DNA of 64,000 bases from Eledone cirrhosa (Eukaryota). The stretch covers positions 162,936,001-163,000,000 of the forward strand of contig OZ024742.1 in the NCBI GenBank assembly GCA_964016885.1. The letters run 5' to 3'. Position 1 is the stretch's first letter. The number at the start of each line of letters is the position of its first letter. Shown piece by piece: positions 1 to 9,934 of this stretch. The translations under genes were made by a program, and so were the position numbers. A model generated the notes under the pieces. The model had not been told where the DNA came from, made no database searches, and saw only the letters and a list, made by a program, of their open reading frames with translations.

Positions 1-148
1 TATCTCCCCCTGATTTTTTTTTACAAATTATCTCCCCCTGATTTTTTTTTACAAATTATCTCCCCCTGATTTTTTTTTACAAATTATCTCCCCCTGATTT
101 TTTTTACAAATTATCTCCCCCTGATTTTTTTACAAATTATCTCCCCTT
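1..148 (+). repeat. Example run of B monomers: GA(T)7-9ACAAATTATCTCCCCCT
   Basis: Five consecutive B units differ essentially only in T-tract length (9,9,9,8,7). B runs of about 3-14 units separate all A cassettes. Confidence 0.95.
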
Positions 149-748
149 AGCTGGCTGGAAATTATCTCCCCTTGGAGGCTGGAATTTATCTCCCCTTGGA
201 CGGCTAGAAATTACCTCTCCTTGGACGGCTGGAAAATATGTCCTTGGACGGCTGGATATTATCTACCCTTGGACGGCTGGAAATTATCTCCCCTTGGACG
301 GCTGGAAATTATCTCCCCTTGGACGGCTAGATATTAGCTCCCCTTGGACGGCTGGAAATTATCTACCCCTGATTTTTTTTTACAAATTATCTCCCCCTGA
401 TTTTTTTTACAAATTATCTCTCCCTGATTTTTTTTTACAAATTATCTCCCCCTGATTTTTTTTTACAAATTATCTCCCCCTGATTATTTTTTACAAATTA
501 TCTCCCCCTGATTTTTTTTACAAATTATCTCCACCTGATTTTTTAAAAAATTATCTCCCCTTGGACGGCTGGAAATTATCTCCCCTTGATTTTTTTACAA
601 ATTATCTCCCCCTGATTTTTTTTACAAATTATCTCCCCCTGATTTTTTTTTTACAAATTATCTCCCCCTGATTTTTTTACAAATTATCTCCCCCTGATTT
701 TATTTATAAATTATCTCCGCCTGATTTTTTTAAATATTATCTTCCCTT

Positions 749-823
749 GGCTGGCGGGAAATTATCTCCCCTTGGACGGCTGAAAATTATCTCCCCTTGG
801 ACGGCTGGAAATTATCTCCCCTT
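749..823 (+). repeat. Example short 3xA cassette (S)
   Basis: The heads are GGCTGGCGGG, GGACGGCTGA and GGACGGCTGG (3 x 25 bp). The cassette is preceded by the B variants TCCGCCT(G/A)A and AAATATTATCTTC(C/T)CTT and recurs throughout the window. Confidence 0.93.
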
Positions 824-987
824 GATTTTTTTTACAAATTATCTCCCCCTGATTTTTTTTTACAAATTATCTCCCCCTGATTTTTTTTTACAAATTATCT
901 CCCCCTGATTTTTTTTTACAAATTATCTGCCCCTGATTTTTTTTACAAATTATCTCCCCCTGATTTTTTTACAAATTATCTCCCCTT

Positions 988-1211
988 GGCTGGCTGGAAA
1001 TTATCTCCCCTTGGAGGCTGGAATTTATCTCCCCTTGGAGGGCTAGAAATTACCTCGCCTTGGACGGCTGGAAAATATTTCTCCTTGGACGGCTGGATAT
1101 TATCTACCCTTGGACGGGTGGAAATTATCTCCCCTTGGACGGCTGGAAATTATCTCCCCTTGGACGGCTAGATATTACCTCCCCTTGGACGGCTGGAAAT
1201 TATCTCCCCTT
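988..1211 (+). repeat. Example long 9xA cassette (L, 224 bp)
   Basis: Ordered variants: GGCTGGCTGG; 24-bp GGAGGCTGGAATTT; CTAGAAATTACC; AAAATAT(G/T)TC; GATATTATCTACCC; two near-canonical units; CTAGATATTACC; one canonical unit. It gives the recurring MAGWKLSPLGGWNLSP... pseudo-ORFs. Confidence 0.93.
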
Positions 1212-1552
1212 GATTTTTTTTACAAATTATCTCCCCCTGATTTTTTTTTTACAAATTATCTCCCCCTGATTTTTTTACAAATTATCTCCCCCTGATTTTT
1301 TTTACAAATTATCTCCGCCTGATTTTTTTAAATATTATCTTCTCTTGGCTGGCGGGAAATTATCTCCCCTTGGACGGCTGAAAATTATCTCCCCTTGGAC
1401 GGCTGGAAATTATCTCCCCTTGATTTTTTTTACAAATTATCTCCACCTGATTTTTTTTTACAAATTATTTCCCCCTGATTTTTTTACAAATTATCTCCCC
1501 CCTGATTTTTTTTACAATCTCCGCCTGATTTTTTTAAAAATTATCTTCCCTT

Positions 1553-1702
1553 GGCTGGCGGGAAATTATCTCCCCTTGGACGGCTGGAAATTATATCCCC
1601 TTGGAAGGATGGAAATTATCTCCCCTTGGACGGCTGGAAATTATCTCCCCTTGGACGGCTGGAAATTATCTCCCCTTGGACAGCTGGAAATTATCTGCCC
1701 TT
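1553..1702 (+). repeat. Example 6xA cassette (K) with GGAAGGATGG marker
   Basis: It is preceded by a core-deleted B unit (ACAATCTCCGCC), contains ATTATATCCCC and GGAAGGATGG, and ends ATCTGCCCTT-GATTTTGTTTTT. A lone A unit follows at 1785-1809. Confidence 0.9.
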
Positions 1703-3081
1703 GATTTTGTTTTTACAAATTATCTCCCCCTGATTTTTTTTACAAATTATCTCCACCTGATTTTTAAAAAAATTATCTCCCCTTGGACGGCTGGAAATTA
1801 TCTCCCCTTGATTTTTTTACAAATTATCTCCCCCTGATTTTTTTTACAAATTATCTCCCCCTGATTTTTTTTACAAATTATCTCCCCCTGATTTTTTTAC
1901 AAATTATCTCCCCCTGATTTTTTTTACAAATTATCTCCGCCTGATTTTTTTAAATATTATCTTCCCTTGGCTGGCGGGAAATTATCTCCCCTTGGACGGC
2001 TGAAAATTATCTCCCCTTGGACGGCTGGAAATTATCTCCCCTTGATTTTTTTTACAAATTATCTCCCCCTGATTTTTTTTTACAAATTATCTCCCCCTGA
2101 TTTTTTTTTACAAATTATCTCCCCCTGATTTTTTTTTACAAATTATCTCACCCTGATTTTTTTTACAAATTATCTCCCCCTGATTTTTTTACAAATTATC
2201 TCCCCTTGGCTAGCTGGAAATTATCTCCCCTTGGAGGCTGGAATTTATCTCCCCTTGGACGGCTAGAAATTACCTCTCCTTGGACGGCTGGAAAATATGT
2301 CTCCTTGGACGGCTGGATATTATCTACCCTTGGACGGCTGGAAATTATCTCCCCTTGGACGGCTGGAAATTATCTCCCCTTGGACGGCTAGATATTACCT
2401 CCCCTTGGACGGCTGGAAATTATCTCCCCTTGATTTTTTTACAAATTATCTCCCCCTGATTTTTTTACAAATTATCTCCCCCTGATTTTTTTTACAAATT
2501 ATCTCCGCCTAATTTTTTTAAATATTATCTTCCCTTGGCTGGCGGGAAATTATCTCCCCTTGGACGGCTGAAAATTATCTCCCCTTGGACGGCTGGAAAT
2601 TATCTCCCCTTGATTTTTTTTACAAATTATCTCCCCCTGATTTTTTTTTACAAATTATCTCCCCCTGATTTTTTTTACAAATTATCTCCCCCTGATTTTT
2701 TTTACAAATTATCTCCCCTTGGCTGGCTGGAAATTATCTCCCCTTGGAGGCTGGAATTTATCTCCCCTTGGACGGCTAGAAATTACCTCTCCTTGGACGG
2801 CTGGAAAATATGTCCTTGGACGGCTGGATATTATCTACCCTTGGACGGCTGGAAATTATCTCCCCTTGGACGGCTGGAAATTATCTCCCCTTGGACGGCT
2901 AGATATTACCTCCCCTTGGACGGCTGGAAATTATCTCCCCTTGATTTTTTTTACAATTTATCTCCCCCTGATTTTTTTTTACAAATTATCTCCCCCTGAT
3001 TTTTTTTTACGAATTATCTCCCCCTGATTTTTTTTTACAAATTATCTCCGCCTGATTTTTTTTTTAAAATTATCTCCCCTT

Positions 3082-3206
3082 GAACGGCTGGAAATTATCT
3101 CCCCTTGGACGGCTGGAAATTATCTCCCCTTGGACGGCTAGAAATTACCTCTCCTTGGACGGCTGAAAATTATCTCCCCTTGGACGGCTGCAAATTATCT
3201 CCCCTT
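3082..3206 (+). repeat. Example 5xA cassette (G), starting GAACGGCTGG and ending GGCTGCAAAT
   Basis: Five 25-bp units followed by the B variant GATTTTTTAAC. The same pseudo-ORF (MDGWKLSPLGRLEITSPWTAENYLPLDGCK...) appears at 3105, 6199, 12351, 14273, 17338, 23840, 25352, 27624 and onward. Confidence 0.9.
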
Positions 3207-6200
3207 GATTTTTTAACAAATTATCTCCCCCTGATTTTTTTTTACAAATTATCTCCCCCTGATTTTTTTTTACAAATTATCTACGCCTAATTTTTTTACA
3301 AATTATCTCCCCCTGATTTTTTTTTACAAATTATCTCCCCCTGATTTTTTTTACAAATTATCTCCCCCTGATTTTTTTTTACAAATTATTTCCCCCTGAT
3401 TTTTTTACAAATTATCTCCCCCCTGATTTTTTTTACAATCTCCGCCTGATTTTTTTAATAATTATCTTCCCTTGGCTGGCGGGAAATTATCTCCCCTTGG
3501 ACGGCTGGAAATTATATCCCCTTGGAAGGATGGAAATTATCTCCCCTTGGACGGCTGGAAATTATCTCCCCTTGGACGGCTGGAAATTATCTGCCCTTGA
3601 TTTTGTTTTTACAAATTATCTCCCCCTGATTTTTTTTACAAATTATCTCCACCTGATTTTTAAAAAAATTATCTCCCCTTGGACGGCTGGAAATTATCTC
3701 CCCTTGATTTTTTTACAAATTATCTCCCCCTGATTTTTTTTACAAATTATCTCCGCCTGATTTTTTTAAATATTATCTTCCCTTGGCTGGCGGGAAATTA
3801 TCTCCCCTTGGACGGCTGAAAATTATCTCCCCTTGGACGGCTGGAAATTATCTCCCCTTGATTTTTTTTACAAATTATCTCCCCCTGATTTTTTTTTACA
3901 AATTATCTCCCCCTGATTTTTTTTTACAAATTATCTCCCCCTGATTTTTTTTTACAAATTATCTCACCCTGATTTTTTTTACAAATTATCTCCCCCTGAT
4001 TTTTTTACAAATTATCTCCCCTTGGCTGGCTGGAAATTATCTCCCCTTGGAGGCTGGAATTTATCTCCCCTTGGACGGCTAGAAATTACCTCTCCTTGGA
4101 CGGCTGGAAAATATGTCTCCTTGGACGGCTGGATATTATCTACCCTTGGACGGCTGGAAATTATCTCCCCTTGGACGGCTGGAAATTATCTCCCCTTGGA
4201 CGGCTAGATATTACCTCCCCTTGGACGGCTGGAAATTATCTCCCCTTGATTTTTTTACAAATTATCTCCCCCTGATTTTTTTACAAATTATCTCCCCCTG
4301 ATTTTTTTTACAAATTATCTCCGCCTAATTTTTTTAAATATTATCTTCCCTTGGCTGGCGGGAAATTATCTCCCCTTGGACGGCTGAAAATTATCTCCCC
4401 TTGGACGGCTGGAAATTATCTCCCCTTGATTTTTTTTACAAATTATCTCCCCCTGATTTTTTTTTACAAATTATCTCCCCCTGATTTTTTTTACAAATTA
4501 TCTCCCCCTGATTTTTTTACAAATTATCTCCCCTTGGCTGGCTGGAAATTATCTCCCCTTGGAGGCTGGAATTTATCTCCCCTTGGACGGCTAGAAATTA
4601 CCTCTCCTTGGACGGCTGGAAAATATGTCCTTGGACGGCTGGATATTATCTACCCTTGGACGGCTGGAAATTATCTCCCCTTGGACGGCTGGAAATTATC
4701 TCCCCTTGGACGGCTAGATATTACCTCCCCTTGGACGGCTGGAAATTATCTCCCCTTGATTTTTTTTACAAATTATCTCCCCCTGATTTTTTTTTACAAA
4801 TTATCTCCCCCTGATTTTTTTTTACAAATTATCTCCCCCTGATTTTTTTTTACAAATTATCTACCCCTGATTTTTTTTTACAAATTAGCTCTCCCTGATT
4901 TTTTTTACAAATTATCTCCCCCTGATTTTTTTTTACAAATTATCTCCCCCTGATTTTTTTTTACAAATTATCTACCCCTGATTTTTTTTACAAATTATCT
5001 CCCCCTGATTTTTTTTACAAATTATCTCCCCCTGATTTTGTTTACAAATTATCTCCCCCTGATTTTTTTACAAATTATCTCCCCGTGATTTTTTTTACAA
5101 ATTATCTCCGCCTAATTTTTTTAAATATTATCTTCCCTTGGCTGGCGGGAAATTATCTCCCCTTGGACGGCTGAAAATTATCTCTCCTTGGACGGCTGGA
5201 AATTATCTCCCCTTGATTTTTTTACAAATTATCTCCCCCTGATTATTTTTTACAAATTATCTCCCCCTGATTTTTTTTTACAAATTATCTCCCCCTGATT
5301 TTTTTTACAAATTATCTCCCCCTGATTTTTTTACAAATTATCTCCCCTTGGCTGGCTGGAAATTATCTCCCCTTGGAGGCTGGAATTTATCTCCCCTTGG
5401 ACGGTTAGAAATTACCTCTCCTTGGACGGCTGGAAAATATGTCTCCTTGGACGGCTGGAAATTATCGCCCCTTGGACGGCTGGAAATTATCTCCCCTTGG
5501 ACGGCTGGAAATTATCTCTCCTCGGACGGCTAGAAATTACCTCTCCTTGGACAGCTGAAAATTATCTCCCCTTGGACGGCTGGAAATTATCTCCACTTGA
5601 TTTTTTTTACAAATTATCTCCCCCTGATTTTTTTTTACAAATTATCTCCCCCTGATTTTTTTTTACAAATTATCTCCCCCTGATTTTTTTTTACAAATTA
5701 TCTCCCCCTGATATTTTTTACAAATTATCTCCCCCTGATTTTTTTACAAATTATCTCCCCTTGGCTGGCTGGAAATTATCTCCCCTTGGAGGCTGGAATT
5801 TATCTCCCCTTAGACGGCTAGAAATTACCTCGCCTTGGACGGCTGGAAAATATGTCTCCTTGGACGGCTGGAAATTATCTCCCCTTGGACGGCTGGAAAT
5901 TATCTCCCCTTGGACGGCTGGAAATTATCTCCCCTTGGACGGCTAGATATTACCTCCCCTTGGACGGCTGGAAATTATCTCCCCTTGGACGGCTAGATAT
6001 TACCTCCCCTTGGACGGCTGGAAATTATCTCCCCTTGATTTTTTTTACAAATTATCTCCCCCTGATTTTTTTTTACAAATTATCTCCCCCTGATTTTTTT
6101 TTACGAATTATCTCCCCCCGATTTTTTTTTACAAATTATCTCTGCCTGATTTTTTAAAAAAAATTATCTCCCCTTGAACGGCTGGAAATTATCTCCCCTT

Positions 6201-8490
6201 GGACGGCTGGAAATTATCTCCCCTTGGACGGCTAGAAATTACCTCTCCTTGGACGGCTGAAAATTATCTCCCCTTGGACGGCTGCAAATTATCTCCCCTT
6301 GATTTTTTAACAAATTATCTCCCCCTGATTTTTTTTTACAAATTATCTCCCCCTGATTTTTTTTTTAAAATTATCTCCCCCTGATTTTTTTACAAATTAT
6401 CTCCCCCTGATTTTTTTTACAATCTCCGCCTGATTTTTTTAAAAATTATCTTCCCTTGGCTGGCGGGAAATTATCTCCCCTTGGACGGCTGGAAATTATA
6501 TCCCCTTGGAAGGATGGAAATTATCTCCCCTTGGACGGCTGGAAATTATCTCCCCTTGGACGGCTGGAAATTATCTCCCCTTGGACAGCTGGAAATTATC
6601 TGCCCTTGATTTTGTTTTTACAAATTATCTCCCCCTGATTTTTTTTACAAATTATCTCCACCTGATTTTTTCAAAAATTATCTCCCCTTGGACGGCTGAA
6701 AATTATCTCCCCTTGATTTTTTTACAAATTATCTCCCCCTGATTTTTTTTACAAATTATCTCCCCCTGATTTTTTGTTACAAATTATCTCCCCCTGATTT
6801 TTTTACAAATTATCTCCCCCTGATTTTTTTTACAAATTATCTCCGCCTGATTTTTTTAAATATTATCTTCCCTTGGCTGGCGGGAAATTATCTCCCCTTG
6901 GACGGCTGAAAATTATCTCCCCTTGGACGGCTGGAAATTATCTCCCCCTGATTTTTTTTACAAATTATCTCCCCCTGATTTTTTTTTACAAATTATCTCC
7001 CCCTGATTTTTTTTTACAAATTATCTGCCCCTGATTTTTTTTACAAATTATCTCCCCCTGATTTTTTTACAAATTATCTCCCCTTGGCTGGCTGGAAATT
7101 ATCTCCCCTTGGAGGCTGGAATTTATCTCCCCTTGGACGGCTAGAAATTACCTCTCCTTGGACGGCTGGAAAATATGTCTACTTGGACGGCTGGATATTA
7201 TCTACCCTTGGACGGCTGGAAATTATCTCCCCTTGGACGGCTAGATATTACCTCCCCTTGGACGGCTGGAAATTATCTCCCCTTGATTTTTTTTACAAAT
7301 TATCTCCCCCTGATTTTTTTTTACAAATTATCTCCCCCTGATTTTTTTTACAAATTATCTCCCCCTGATTTTTTTACAAATTATCTCCCCCCGATTTTTT
7401 TTACAAATTATATCCGCCTAATTTTTTTAAATATTATCTTCCCTTGGCTGGCGGGAAATTATCTCCCCTTGGACGGCTGAAAATTATCTCCCCTTGGACG
7501 GCTGGAAATTATCTCCCCTTGATTTTTTTACAAATTATCTCCCCCTGATTATTTTTTACAAATTATCTCCCCCTGATTTTTTTTTACAAATTATCTCCCT
7601 CTGATTTTTTTTACAAATTATCTCCCCTTGGCTGGCTGGAAATTATCTCCCCTTGGAGGCTGGAATTTATCTCCCCTTGGACGGTTAGAAATTACCTCTC
7701 CTTGGACTGCTGGAAAATATGTCTCCTTGGACGGCTGGAAATTATCTCCCCTTGGACGGCTGGAAATTATCTCCCCTTGGACGGCTGGAAATTATCTCTC
7801 CTCGGACGACTAGAAATTACCTCTCCTTGGACAGCTGAAAATTATCTCCCCTTGGACGGCTGGAAATTATCTCCCCTTGATTTTTTTTACAAATTATCTC
7901 CCCCTGATTTTTTTTACAAATTATCTCCCCCTGATTTTTTTTTACAAATTATCTCCACCTGATTTTTTTTTACAAATTATCTGCCCCTGATTTTTTTAAC
8001 AAATTATCTCCCCCTGATTTTTTTACAAATTATCTCCCCTTGGCTGGCTGGAAATTATCTCCCCTTGGAGGCTGGAATTTATCTCCCTTTGGACGGCTAG
8101 AAATTACCTCTCCTTGGACGGCTGGAAAATATTTCTCCTTGGACGGCTGGATATTATCTACCCTTGGACGGGTGGAAATTATCTCCCCTTGGACGGCTGG
8201 AAATTATCTCCCCTTGGACGGCTAGATATTACCTCCCCTTGGACGGCTGGAAAGTATCTCCCCTTGATTTTTTTTACAAATTATCTCCCCCTGATTTTTT
8301 TTTACAAATTATCTCCCCCTGATTTTTTTACAAATTATCTCCCCCTGATTTTTTTTACAAATTATCTCCGCCTGATTTTTTTAAATATTATCTTCTCTTG
8401 GCTGGCGGGAAATTATCTCCCCTTGGACGGCTGAAAATTATCTCCCCTTGGACGGCTGGAAATTATCTCCCCTTGATTTTTTTTACAAAT

Positions 8491-9934
8491 TATCTCCCCC
8501 TGATTTTTTTTTACAAATTATCTCCCCCTGATTTTTTTTTACAAATTATCTCCCCCTGATTTTTTTTTACAAATTATCTCCCCCTGATTTTTTTTACAAA
8601 TTATCTCCCCCTGATTTTTTTACAAATTATCTCCCCTTAGCTGGCTGGAAATTATCTCCCCTTGGAGGCTGGAATTTATCTCCCCTTGGACGGCTAGAAA
8701 TTACCTCTCCTTGGACGGCTGGAAAATATGTCCTTGGACGGCTGGATATTATCTACCCTTGGACGGCTGGAAATTATCTCCCCTTGGACGGCTGGAAATT
8801 ATCTCCCCTTGGACGGCTAGATATTAGCTCCCCTTGGACGGCTGGAAATTATCTACCCCTGATTTTTTTTTACAAATTATCTCCCCCTGATTTTTTTTAC
8901 AAATTATCTCTCCCTGATTTTTTTTTACAAATTATCTCCCCCTGATTTTTTTTTACAAATTATCTCCCCCTGATTATTTTTTACAAATTATCTCCCCCTG
9001 ATTTTTTTTACAAATTATCTCCACCTGATTTTTTAAAAAATTATCTCCCCTTGGACGGCTGGAAATTATCTCCCCTTGATTTTTTTACAAATTATCTCCC
9101 CCTGATTTTTTTTACAAATTATCTCCCCCTGATTTTTTTTTTACAAATTATCTCCCCCTGATTTTTTTACAAATTATCTCCCCCTGATTTTATTTATAAA
9201 TTATCTCCGCCTGATTTTTTTAAATATTATCTTCCCTTGGCTGGCGGGAAATTATCTCCCCTTGGACGGCTGAAAATTATCTCCCCTTGGACGGCTGGAA
9301 ATTATCTCCCCTTGATTTTTTTTACAAATTATCTCCCCCTGATTTTTTTTTACAAATTATCTCCCCCTGATTTTTTTTTACAAATTATCTCCCCCTGATT
9401 TTTTTTTACAAATTATCTGCCCCTGATTTTTTTTACAAATTATCTCCCCCTGATTTTTTTACAAATTATCTCCCCTTGGCTGGCTGGAAATTATCTCCCC
9501 TTGGAGGCTGGAATTTATCTCCCCTTGGAGGGCTAGAAATTACCTCGCCTTGGACGGCTGGAAAATATTTCTCCTTGGACGGCTGGATATTATCTACCCT
9601 TGGACGGGTGGAAATTATCTCCCCTTGGACGGCTGGAAATTATCTCCCCTTGGACGGCTAGATATTACCTCCCCTTGGACGGCTGGAAATTATCTCCCCT
9701 TGATTTTTTTTACAAATTATCTCCCCCTGATTTTTTTTTTACAAATTATCTCCCCCTGATTTTTTTACAAATTATCTCCCCCTGATTTTTTTTACAAATT
9801 ATCTCCGCCTGATTTTTTTAAATATTATCTTCTCTTGGCTGGCGGGAAATTATCTCCCCTTGGACGGCTGAAAATTATCTCCCCTTGGACGGCTGGAAAT
9901 TATCTCCCCTTGATTTTTTTTACAAATTATCTCC
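8491..9934 (+). repeat. Copy of 1-1444 (offset 8,490 bp)
   Basis: ORFs 986/1060/1110 match 9476/9550/9600. Shared rare variants are ATTAGCTCCCC, TTTTATTTATAAA and GGAGGGCTAG. The copies diverge at 1445 versus 9935. Confidence 0.9.

Noticed and set aside
750-757. Chi-like octamer GCTGGCGG (7/8 match to E. coli Chi GCTGGTGG) at the start of S and K cassettes
   Set aside because: The match is imperfect and derivable from the A head by a few substitutions. Nothing suggests a RecBCD context, and the breakpoints I located are not concentrated there.
756-770. Hairpin or terminator (GGGA-N7-TCCC; T-tracts)
   Set aside because: The stem is only 4 bp and is not adjacent to a T-run. T-runs are not preceded by GC stems.
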